Shown here: piece after piece, positions 1 through 10,781 of the stretch | How positions within the stretch are numbered: position 1 is the first letter of the stretch | How the letters are laid out: every line of letters starts with the position of its first letter | Assembly: GCA_004431415.1 (NCBI GenBank) | Contig: QPMI01000538.1 | Coordinates: 1 to 51,355, forward strand | DNA length: 51,355 bases | Source: Cyanophora paradoxa CCMP329 | Taxonomy: Eukaryota > Plantae > Glaucophyta | Direction of reading: 5' to 3' | Program-made: the position numbers and the translations under genes | The notes under the pieces: generated by a model | What the model was told of the DNA's origin: nothing | Database searches by the model: none | What the model saw: only the letters and a program-made list of their open reading frames with translations

Positions 1-2200
1 GCGTGCGCCCGGACCCGTCCCGTCCGGCCGACCGCGCGCATGTACCCCTGCCGCTCGCTCACCTGAGCCGTACCGCAGCGCGGGTGGGGGGTTCTCAGGG
101 CGACCCTGGCGCAACCAGCCCTAGCCCCGAGGTCGAGGGGCGATCATCCTGCTAGGGGAGCTGCTGAGCAGGGCGCCGCACTTGGACGCCGACAAGAGCG
201 TCGATATCGTCCAGGTGCGTCCCGTTTTCGAATCCGCCCGGCCGAACTGATGCATTAGTCTTAAGGCGTACGTGCCCGCAGCGCGTTCTGGACTGGGCAT
301 CGGCGAACGACCGCATGCCGGCGGTGAACATTGTGCTTCGGATACCACGGCACATCGCGGTCTCTCACTCAGGCCCGCCTTGCACCTCCCCGGCTGTGCA
401 TTTTACCACGTAAAACCGGCAGGAGCGGGCACTCCCCAAGGAAACCCTCAGGGCGCGAATGGACAGCAGACTGGAGACGCGCAGGCGGGAGAAGGAAGAG
501 CGGCAGCGGCGGAGGAGGAGCGCGAGCGGGCGCGGCGGGAGGCCGAGCGCGCCGAGCGCGCCGCCCGCGACGCCGCCGACCGCGTGCGCCGTCTGAGCCG
601 TCTGAGCCGTCTGAGCCGTCTGAGCTCGCCTTCGAATTCTGAGCTGCGCGGGGGGCAGGAGGCGGCAAAGAGGCGTATGGGGGGCTCGCAGTGGGCCCCC
701 GCTAAGAAGCTCCTTACGCGCCTTGACGCGCTTCTCAAGGTTAGTAAGCCTCTTTCCCCCCCTCCCCGCCTCCTCCCCTCCTCCCCTACCCCCCTCCCCC
801 CCCTCCCTTCGAATTCCGTCACACACACACACACACACACGCCCTCCCCGCCTCGAAATTAGAAAGCGCACCCCCTCCCCGGCCCTTACCCCAGCCGTCC
901 ACCCCTCCCCCCCCTCTCTCCCCCCTGCCTCCAAGAGTGCTGCCCCCCCCCCCCCCTCCTCCCCCCCTCCCCCCAATGCCTCTAAGAGGGCGCGCAGCGA
1001 TCGCCGGGCGACTTCGAGGGTCGCCTGCTCCGCATCCGTGCGCGAGCGAGCGAGCCGAGCCGAGCCGGTCCTCGGCTCTGATTTGATCTCGCTGACGGGC
1101 GGGCGGGGGACCCGGGGGGGCGCAGAGTGCATGGCAGGGGCGGGCCAGCTCGAGGAGGCGGGGCGGGAGGCGGAGCGGGCCGAGCGGGCGCTCGCCGGCG
1201 CCGGCGCCAGCGCGGACGCCCTCCAGAGGTGCGCATGCGCGGTTCGCCTCCCTCCCTCCAAGGCTCGACGGGCGCGCCCTGAGCCGCAGCGGCAGGGTCA
1301 GGATCAGCGGCGCGTCATCGCGGGCGAGCTGCTGCAGCGCGAGGAGGCGAAGAAGCGGGAGGAGGCGCAGAGGCGGGGGAATGGCGGGCGAAGAGGAAGG
1401 AGGAGGAAGAGGAGGCGCTGCGCGCGAGGAACAGCGGCGCGCGCAGTAGCGGCGGCAGCTGCAGCGGAAGGAGCAGAAGCGAGAAGAGGCGCGCCCGCAG
1501 GCGGAGGAGCCGAGCGGCAGCGTGCGGCGGAGCAGCTGCAGCAGCGGAGCGCGAGAAGAGCGGCGGGCCGCGCAGGCAGCTGCAGCCCGGCAGCGCCAGC
1601 GGAGACTCAAGCCCGCCGCCTTCCGAGGCCGGCCCAGCTCGGGCGTTGGTCGGAGGCTGCGGCTGCGGCTGCGCCTGCCGCTTCTTCGCGAGGGGCTCTG
1701 CCGCAACGGCGACCGCTGCCGGTGCGGAGTTGGGCGGGCCGGGGCTTCGAATTCCCCCGCGCCCCTAGCCTCTGCGCGGTCGTCCCGCCCCTCTGTCGAC
1801 TGTTGTTTGGCAGGTACCGGCACGAGGCGAGGGCGGACGCCGGGGCGGGGCGGGCGACTCGAGCCTGGGCCCGCGCCGACGCCTTTCGCGGCCCCGAGGG
1901 GCAGATCCAGGGCCCGCGGCGAGCCGGCCCGAGTGCGCCATCTGCCTCGGGCCCTGTTGCCGGCCCGCCGCCGCCGCCCTCCCCTGCGCCGTGCGCCCGC
2001 ACCCAAAGCGTCTCTTGCTTCTCTAATTATAATGCCTAAGATTTACCTTGCGCTTGCATCTCCGCAGACCGCTTCCACGGCCCTGCATCGAGGCGTGGAG
2101 AAGGGCGATCGCGAGCTCGGGCGGGCCGCCGCCGCCGCCGCCCTGCCCCTTCCGCTGCCCTCCCGGCGCGCCCCACTCGGCCCTACCTGCCCCCGGCCTC
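1..2200 (+). CDS. 3' part of the duplicated TPR/coiled-coil/CCCH/RING-H2 gene (multi-exon, partial, approximate end)
   Basis: Same exons as the 22617-24860 copy: CRFFARGLCRNGDRCR|YRH (CCCH), ECAICLGP...LPC|(H)RFHGPCIEAW...PTCP (RING-H2), E/R/K-rich coiled coil. Confidence 0.6.
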
Positions 2201-3009
2201 TTCTCCACTCGAGCCTCTTCCCAGTAATTTATTCGCCTTTCAGGCGTTTAGCTTGCAATTGCTGCACGACAGCCGATTAGCTGACGTCTTATCGTCTGCT
2301 CTGACCTATAGCTATATATATCAAGGGGGTCGACTGCTTTCCCCGCAGCGCTGGCAAACGCACAAGCACACTGCGACCGCATGTAAAGCGCAGGCTGCGC
2401 AGCCCGCCGAGCGATCGACTCGGCGACCTGCTGCCGCGCCGCTACGGCATGCGCAGCCGCGCGCTAGATATGCAGCTGCGGGCCTAGGCGCGAACGGTAC
2501 CGACAGCTTGCATGTGATCATGACCAGGACAGTCGGATATCTAGATCTTATAAATCAACGCGCGACCTGAGAAGAGGGCGCCGCGCGGGGAGGGGGCGCG
2601 GCCCAGCGCGGCTCTAGCTTGCTAGCTTGGTCCTAAGAAACCTGGTCTTGCAGCCCCAGAACGACCCTAAGAAGAGGCGCCGGGCGGGGGCGAGGCGCGA
2701 TGCTCTAGCTTGGCCGGCCCGGCGGGGTGGGGTGGGGCGGGGGGCGCCGCGCAGGCCGTGAACAGTTCGCATTGGACACGTACTCAAAACGCAGGTCCGG
2801 GCTACAAGTGTGGGAATGTACACTGCGGCCGCCGCGGCCGCGGCCCAGCCCACCAGCGAACTGGCCGGCCGGGCCCTGCGTGGCCCCTAAGGAGAGTAAT
2901 GCGCCTCCCGCGGACACTCTGGCTAGCTAAATAGCTACATGTGCCCGCATGCGCGGCGTGGTGCTGCATCGCGTCTTGTGGCGGCGGGGGTCGTCTAGGG
3001 GCGGTGGCG

Positions 3010-3400
3010 GGAGCCCCTACAGGCCATGGAGGGAACCCGACATGAGGTCAGCCTGCGGTGGGCGCGAAGAGGGGTCAGATCGTAATCCAAAATCAAAACA
3101 AACGGGGCCGCACTCGATCGACGAGCCTCCCACCCAGAGGAGCGCCTGCGCGGGCGGAGGACGATCAGCCGCCGAGCAGGCCGACGCTCCAGGGCACCTG
3201 CGCGCGCGGTGCGCACCTGGGGCGCGTCTTGGACGGGAGCCCCTACAGGCCTGTGGGGGCCGACATGGAGTCAGCCTGCGCCGGAGGGCGAAAAAGGGGG
3301 TCAGATCGATATATCGAAAAAGCCTTTGTTTTCAAAGGGAACGGGGGCGCACTCGATCGACGTGCCTCCCGCCAAAGGCGAACGCCTGCGCGCCGAAGGG
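3010..3400. repeat. Diverged ~228-bp tandem duplication (also at ~25678-26073)
   Basis: Blocks GGGAGCCCCTACAGGCC, GTCAGCCTGCG, GGGGTCAGATCG and GCACTCGATCGACG occur in the same order from ~3010 and ~3235. Confidence 0.7.
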
Positions 3401-3971
3401 CGCAACGATGCATCAGAGGACCATCGCGGCAGGACTTCATGAAGGACCAGGGCGCAGAACGAACTGGGCATTTGCTCGAGCACGATGGATGTGCCCGAAG
3501 CCTCGCCAGGCCGCGCGGAGGCGGCCCGCCGCTGATTCTGGTGACCTGTAACGCGTGCATTCGCTGAGCATGCGGACCACGATGAGGGGGAAGACGACGG
3601 GAAGACGCCAACGCACCTTGCAATGCTGCACGGAATGGAATGTGACCGCGAAACCAGTGTTGACCTGCTATATACGTGGTTCATAATGCAACGTTTCAGC
3701 TTTCGACTTTCGAGCATGAAAGGCGAGGGGAAAAAGTGGTTTTCGAGGGGAAAACGTAAGGAGGTCGGGTGAACAGTTCCGCTTCGAATTTAAATTTAAA
3801 TCATTGAGTCTTGTTGAAATCATTGAATTGCATTCCACTCCTAGAGATCTCCTCTCCTCTAGATCTCCTCTCGCTGCACGCGCGCGCATGCGCAGCTTCA
3901 GCTGCAGGCGCCCCCGCGAATATGGTGCGCCGTCTATCTGCATCACCGATGCGGACCGCTGATGCCTGCAT

Positions 3972-4252
3972 TGTCGCATCCGACATTATAGCGGATGCTC
4001 ATTTATATGTGAGCCGCTAGGGCTCTAGATCACGTCAGCCTTCGAGCTGCTGGACCGACGGCGCCTAGGCTAGTTAGAGCGCCGCGGTCACTTGTATTTG
4101 TGTCGGGGTACGCCGTATCTGGACGGGTACACCCAGTGAGTTGGATCTTAGCGACTACAGCAGCGACACTCGCCATTCCCCGCCCTGCCGAGCTTGCACT
4201 CCGCACGGGCTTCCCGCGCGCACGATTAGACACACTAATCTCGCACGCGACA
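3972..4252 (+). repeat. 5' LTR
   Basis: TG...CA ends with a 6-bp terminal inverted repeat; direct repeat of 8923-9203. Confidence 0.95.
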
Positions 4253-4277
4253 GGCGCCATTCTGCCGGAATCGAACC
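4253..4277 (+). promoter_or_regulatory. Primer binding site (tRNA 3'-end complement)
   Basis: GGCGCCATTCTGCCGGAATCGAACC directly follows the LTR. Its reverse complement contains the T-loop GGTTCGATTCC plus an acceptor-stem-like end. Confidence 0.75.
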
Positions 4278-4728
4278 TTCAAGGGTCGCTGGACTTCCAG
4301 GCTCTGCCCGCGCCGCGCGCCTCGCCGCGCCGCCTCGCATAAGCTTAAAGAGATCTGGGACGAGCTTTCCGGGCGACCGCCACTTGTGGCGTGCTACGCT
4401 GCACACTTCGGCCGCGTCGCCTCTGGGCGGGCTGATTGTGCTTCGGAAGTGACTCTAGTGTCCCTCGCGGGCTTCGGTGCATCCCCAGACCGAAGCGCAC
4501 GCACGAGCTCTCGCGAGAGTCTCAATCATTGTCTGTGTCCCTTCGCCGGTTGCACGCTTCGCGTCGCACACTGTGCCCCGGAGTCTGCCAGCGGCAGTTC
4601 TCTGAGTGTCCCTGAGTCGGTTCTCGCACGCCACGAGAAGACCGTGTCCCGGATCTGCAGTGCGCTGCAGATCAAATCTTGTGCCCTGGCATTCTGTTCT
4701 CGTGGCTATACGCTGCAAAGAGAGCAAT

Positions 4729-6298
4729 ATGTCGAACACTTCTGAACTGATCAGTTCTGAAGTCCGAAGCCGGCTGTCTGCCCTCGCGCACATCGAGCCC
4801 GCCCAGGGCTATGCTGCTGTGCATGTGCAGCAACTCGCTGCTGGCTCCGCCGCGGCGGATGATGATCCCGTGCGGATCGCATTCCTGCCTGCAAATCCGC
4901 GCCTCGCCGATGGCGACCGGTTCCGGAAGGACGTGCGGAACTTCCAGTCGTCCCTGCCGACGAAGTACTTGTTTGGCCCGGATTCTGCCGGTAGCCAGGA
5001 GTACTCAAAGTCAGAGGCGCTAGCCGGAGTGATTGTCGGGCGTATCCGCCCGGAGCTCTCCGCGCTGAGATTGAGCGCAAGCGCGACCTCTATGAGGCCT
5101 CTGTCACTGCCCTCGAGCATGACCGTGCCAGGCTCGCTCGTCTCGAAGCTGTCCGGCAGACCTGCGGTCCGCCGAGGATGATGCTGCTATCCTCACGCTG
5201 CAGCAGAGCTGTGTGCGTGATCAGGCCTCAATCGTGGCCGTGCGCGACTCGTACTTGCGTGCCCCCGGGCTGCTTGACACGATCACTGCGTGGATTCATG
5301 AGACCCGCCCGCACGCGGCCCGCCGGGCTCTCACTGAGCCGTACACGGGCGAGGACCCCCGCTCGTGGCATGACTGGTTCTTGCCCCTCGTACGGCACAC
5401 GCTGCCGCCGGGCCAGCAGTTTGCTGCGTACTACGCGGACTGCCTGCGCACCGCGCTCGAGGCCCGCTCGACGAGCGAGGACCCTGAATATCAGAACCTC
5501 GATGTTCGGATGGCCGGGTTCGCCCAGGCGAACGAGCGCACGCTGCGCGAGTTCCTCACGGCGCTGCGGCAGCGCCTCCTCGCCAATAACGGCGCTATCT
5601 CGCCGCTCGAGCTTGACAGTATTTTCGTCGAGCAGTGCAAGCGCCACGGCTGCCGCGCCGTGTTCCCGCCTGCGCTGGCAGCTGCCGATCGCGAGCTGCC
5701 CGAGGCAAAACGGACCCGTATCCTGCAGGCACAGTTTGCCGAGGATGAGTCCTCGTCCGCCGGCACCCCTGCCGCTGCACGAGCCTCGAGCTCCCCTGGC
5801 CCTGCTGAGCCTCGGGATGCAAATTCCAGGGCTCAGCCCTCGATTTCTGCACGTGGGTCCTCTTGGGCCGTGCAGTCCCGCTCGCCTGCCGCTGTTGCGG
5901 AGGTGCTGCGGCGCATGTCTGAGCTCGGGTACCCGGAGTACCCCCCCTCAGACTGCTACGGGTGCTCGGATGACCCCAGCGTCCCCGTTGAGGCGCGACG
6001 TCATTGGGCAAATGTGTGCCCCAAGCGCACCCCGTTCGCCCCAGTACGCCCCTGGGTCCGCCGCGGCCAGTACTATCGGCAAAAGCGATCCCAAGAGGAT
6101 GCTGCCGACGAGCAAGAGTACTGGTCCGACGAGAGAAAACAGGACCCAGACGAAGTCTGCGGTCGCTGCGGCGAGGCAGGGCACCACCACAGTGCCTGCC
6201 CCGACCCCCCCACACGGGCTGCTCGCTCGAGCTCTGCGCTTCCCGCGCCCTCGAGCTCAGCGGCTCCACCCGCGCGCCCTGCGGCGGAGCGTGAGTGA
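4729..6298 (+). CDS. gag: Gag-like protein with zinc knuckle(s) (two frameshifts around 5070-5160)
   Basis: ATG at 4729; C-terminal CGRCGEAGHHHSAC (CX2CX4HX4C) and a second atypical CYGC...H...C; lies directly after the PBS. Confidence 0.75.
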
Positions 6299-7799
6299 GC
6301 AAGTGCACCAGCTGCACTAGGGTCTGGCTGGCTTGGGCAGCCGCCAGAAAAGCCCTGCTCGTAACCGCGATCCGATTTTTCGCGGAGCCTGGGCCTCCCC
6401 TGCGAGAGCCCCATGTGTCGCTGTAATAAGCGGCCCATATACCTGCCTCTGAGCAGGGTGTATATTTGTACATTTGTACATAATTTCAGACGTCGGGGAC
6501 GACGTCTTCCGAGAGGAGGAGTGAGCACGGGCATGCTGCACGAGCAGTGCAAGCGCTGCCGCTCGCCCTCCCGCCCCGAGGCTTGCTTGGATCTGTGGCC
6601 GCTGGCCAAGATCAAATAGCACTCGCGAAAGAAGAGCCCCAATCGCGTGCTGTCGAGCACCCTGAGCGGCCACGGGTGCCCCTCTTTCCGAGAGGAGGAG
6701 CACCCCTTTCGCCGAAGCCTGCGAAGAGGCGCCACGGCCGGTGCCGCAATTGCGAGCCCTCCTGCTTGCCTCGATTTAGATCCATGGCCGGTGGCCGAGA
6801 TCTGATCTCAAACCCAACCGGGTACCAGTCTTTCCGAGAGGAGGAGTCCCTCCAAGACTCTCTCGTCGAAAGCCTGCGATTTCGCGCGGCGCACTGCAGT
6901 TGCTGAGCCTTGCGGTCAGAGCTTCAAAGGCTTGAGCCTGATCATGAGCCGAGCCGCCAAGCTGCAGCTGCAGCTGGCCCTCGCGGGAGGCTTTGAGCTC
7001 GAGCCCCACACTCGAGCGAGCAAGCGGCCTTAGCAGAGATGAGGCGTGATCCACAGAGCCTTGAGCTCGGGATGCACTCTCAAGAGAAGCTCGATGCCTG
7101 AGGCACGATGCCCAGCCGGCGAGCGCCTGACGGCGTGCCGTGAGCTCGACAGGCGGCCCGTGAGCCCCTGCAAAAATTGTGAGCCTCCGAGCTCCAATGA
7201 AGGCGAGCTTGAGCACAAGGTGCCCTCGAGAGCTCGAGCCCTGAAATAAAGTCCCGGCACGCCCCGAGGCGGCCAGGCAATAGCAGGCTCTGCCATGAGC
7301 TTTGCAGTTCTTTGAACTCAAGTCCTGGTGACGCCCGCCAAGTTGGCGCCCAGGCCGCGCGAGTCTGTTCCGGGATCATCGGATCCGGACTGAACGTTAG
7401 CGGGGCGAGGGGCCCAGTGCCCAGCCCAAAGACCTGGTGAACTGCCCGACGAGTTGGCATCCAGGCGGCACACTGCGGCTGCACTGCGGCAGGCCGAGTG
7501 GTGCGACGGGCTGCGAGCCCTGCTCACAAGCTAAGAGCTTCGAGACCCGGCGGCCAGCCTGTTGAGGCGGCGCCAGAAGGACACCCATGATTGCCAGTTG
7601 TGAGTCCCGTCTCGCATGTGGCCGGTCCGGCCCCAGGGCGGTCGTGACGGCGGGTGGTCCTGGCCAGGAGCGGCTTGAGAAAGCCGGCTCCCAGCCGCGT
7701 CCCGGCCCCACACGAGGGCGAGGACAAGAAGCGGCGATACCTGCCTCCGAGCAGAGTGAGCGCAAGAGGCCACCCGTGAGGGGCTAGCGCTGGGCTGAG

Positions 7800-8215
7800 A
7801 CGGGCCTCCGAGCCCCGCGAAACATCGCGAAAGTCCCGGGCAGAAAGGGTGAGCCACGGGCGGCCGGGGGCCTTGAGCACAGCTCGGCACGGCGACAGGG
7901 CAAGCGTCCCTCAGTAAGTCCCGAGCGGAAGGATGAGCCGCGGGCGGCCGTTAGCCTTGAGCACAGCTCGGCGCGGTGACAGGGCGAGAGACCCTTGCAA
8001 AGACCTAGCCGAGCCCTAGGACGCGCCTTGCGTCTGCAGAAGGGTCGGTGGGCGGCTGTGACGCCGGGTTCTGCCCCGGGTACAGCGACAGGGGATGACA
8101 AATTCCCCCTCCGTGTAAGACCTGGCGTGGTACCAGGGCGCGCCTTGCGCCGGCAGGGGTACACGCAGGCGGTCGTGACGCCGGGTTCCTGCCCCGGGTA
8201 CGACGACGGGGAAGC
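7800..8215. repeat. Internal tandem repeats of the LTR element
   Basis: GCCTTGAGCACAGCTCGGC occurs twice (~7870, ~7953); CGCGCCTTGCG...GTGACGCCGGGTT...CCCCGGG occurs twice (~8022, ~8139). Confidence 0.7.
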
Positions 8216-8908
8216 AAAAATACCCCCAGCAGGGCTCCGCACCAGGGACGCTTGGTGGCGGATCGCCTGAGAGGGCCACGTCCCCTTTTAATAGATGTGC
8301 ACCCGCGGGTCGGGCAGGGTACCTCCCGTCGCGCAATGGCGTGGAAGGGCACCTTGTGGGCGGCGTCTAGCCTCGCCCTGGAGATTCTAGCTCCACCGCC
8401 GTCGGGGGATTCCCGATCCGACGCCGTGATAATGCAGTGAAGGCACGGTGTTTGCCTGAGCAGCGGCGCTAGTCGAGCTGCTTAGCCCTAAGTTTTGGGA
8501 CGGGCATTTCGCTGTGGGCTGCTGAGCGCTGTCGCGAGCGCTGCGCCCCGCGTTGCTGTTGCAGCGTGTGCTTTCGCAGCTAACGTGCTGCACAATCGCG
8601 ATGAGGGCAGGGCTCCCTCGGCTTCCGTCCCCTTCCGCTCGCCTCGTGCGGGTTACCTGGGCCGCCGGCCCGAAGTTGGACCTCGCCCCCTGGGCACTAC
8701 ACGCTGGAGTCGTGCCGCGCCGGCACTTGCCGGGCATCAGTCTTTTCTATTCCCGGCAGTCGACGCCGGGCATGGACATGTACATAGCCGGACTTGGTGT
8801 CTTTTCTATTCCCGGCAGTTGCCGGACACGGACGGACGTTGAGCCTTTTTCGATTCCCGGCAGTAGCCGGTCGATATGTATTTATTTAGACCCGCGCGGA
8901 CGCGGGAT

Positions 8909-8921
8909 CCGAGAGGAGGAG
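8909..8921 (+). promoter_or_regulatory. Polypurine tract
   Basis: GAGAGGAGGAG immediately 5' of the 3' LTR. Confidence 0.85.
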
Positions 8922-8922
8922 T

Positions 8923-9203
8923 TGTCGCATCCGACATTATAGCGGATGCTCATTTATATGTGAGCCGCTAGGGCTCTAGATCACGTCAGCCTTCGAGCTG
9001 CTGGACCGACGGCGCCTAGGCTAGTTAGAGCGCCGCGGTCACTTGTATTTGTGTCGGGGTACGCCGTATCTGGACGGGTACACCCAGTGAGTTGGATCTT
9101 AGCGACTACAGCAGCGACACTCGCCATTCCCCGCCCTGCCGAGCTTGCACTCCGCACGGGCTTCCCGCGCGCACGATTAGACACACTAATCTCGCACGCG
9201 ACA
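8923..9203 (+). repeat. 3' LTR
   Basis: Copy of 3972-4252, followed by TSD TGCAT. Confidence 0.95.
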
Positions 9204-9229
9204 TGCATGCGAAAATCCGATTTTCGCAG

Positions 9230-10781
9230 CCGGAGACACGATCGAGGGCCAAGCGCCGCGGCTTCAGTGGCCCCAACGCCGCGGCGTCAGTGGCCCCAAC
9301 GCCGAAGCGGAAATGCGGGCGTCGAGGCAAAGCAGAAGGTGCGCGTCGATCGCCTCGAGCTTCTGCAATCGCAGATATCGATATCGATCGCGAGCGCTTT
9401 TTTGCAGCGAGTTCGCTCTCGCTGGAAACGCTGCCGGACGACGTTCTCTGGCAAGTGCTCGAGCACCTCGGAGCAGCGGACGCCTTCGACTCGCTGGCGG
9501 GCGCGCGCGAGCCGCCGCCTGCGGGACCTCGTCCGTGGCCACGGCACTTGGAGCTCGCTTTCGCTGCCGTGGCCCTACTTCCGCAAGCACCTCGGGCAAT
9601 TGCGGCACGAGGAGGAAAAGAAGTGGCCGATCGTCAGCCCGCGGCGAATTCTGGAGGCCTGGGCGGCGCGGGTGGAGAAGGGCCTCGTGAAGGTGCGCTC
9701 GAGCTCGCACGTGCGTCGGACGCGAAAAGCTTCGGCGTTCCATGGCCATGACTTCACTGCAGGCGCGGTCCTTTCAGGTGGACACGACGATCGATGGGGA
9801 AGACGTGGACCCGGACCTCTACGGAGACGACTTATACATTGACATTGAGGAGAAGTACGGGACGGATCTGGACGTGATGTGCGACGTCGACTCGCCACAC
9901 CCGAACAAGTACAACAATTACGGCAGCTCCGAGTTCTGGGGCCGGGCTGTCCCCTTCCTCCGCTTCCTTCGCCACATGGGCCCCGAGCTGCAGAGCATCT
10001 CCATCACCCACGGCGGCGTGCGCCCATTGATTACGACTGTCTGCGCGAATTTTTGAATCGATCGCGATTTCGCTTAAGCCTGTTTCGTGAATCAGATCTC
10101 GCCTCCGTACGGTCTCTCTCCGGTCCTGAATGCCAGCTGGGGGCCCGACTACGACTACAGGATGCTCTGGGAGGCGGAGGAAAAGGCAAGCTGCGAGCTC
10201 CTTAAAATTAGGCCTTTTCTTGACCGAAAACGGTACCGGTGCAGGCTCTGATGGGCAGGCTAGCGCTGTACGTGGCCGCGCTCCTGGCGCAGCTCGCGCC
10301 TCTCGGCTCCACCCTTCAGAGCTTCTCGATCCGCCTCTGCGGGGAGCCGCCTCGCGCCGGTGCGGATGCGCATGCGATACCGTAGAAGTTCTCGAGACCT
10401 TTCGCTGTTTTCCCTGGCTGAGCTGGGCCGGGGGCGCGACGCATGCAGTCAAAAGCTATCCCATTCGAGGGAGTTCGTGTGCTTTGTTCGCGAAATTGCG
10501 CACTCGAGCTCGTTGTCACATTTCGCGCAGTCTAGTCCTGCAGGGGTCACTGGCGCGAGCTGAAGCCGGCCCTCGCCCCTTTCTCCGCCCTCCGCCGCCT
10601 CCACATCTACGCCGTACACCTCCTCGAAGCCGAGGAGCTGCGCACCGTCGGCGCCGCGCTGCCGGCCCTCCGCGAGCTCGGCACCTGGTGCAAAGGGGAC
10701 GAGAAGAGGGGCGCAGTCGACCCCGCGGCGCGCCTCTCCCCCCTTCAGGAGCTCATCCCGAGCCTTGAAGCGGTGCCTTGA
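9230..10781 (+). CDS. F-box/LRR-like protein, multi-exon (putative first exon is the ATG at 3922-3924)
   Basis: F-box motif SLETLPDDVLWQVLEHL; LRR-like FSALRRLHI and LPALRELG; GT-AG introns (e.g. 9339-9408). Confidence 0.6.

Larger units (their letters stand above)
1..3661. repeat. Segmental duplicate of 22617-26334; carries the empty (pre-insertion) site of the virus
   Basis: Near-identical to 22617-26334 apart from mostly homopolymer indels. Identity ends after ...GCGAAACCAGTGTT (3661 vs 26334). Confidence 0.95.
3972..9203 (+). mobile_element. Non-autonomous (gag-only) LTR retrotransposon
   Basis: Apparently identical 281-bp LTRs (TGTCGC...GCGACA), 5-bp TSD TGCAT (3967-3971 and 9204-9208), PBS, PPT and gag with a CCHC knuckle. 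No RT, RNase H or integrase motifs seen. Confidence 0.92.

Noticed and set aside
4253-4277. tRNA gene
   Set aside because: Only a ~25-nt 3'-end complement with no cloverleaf; explained as the PBS.
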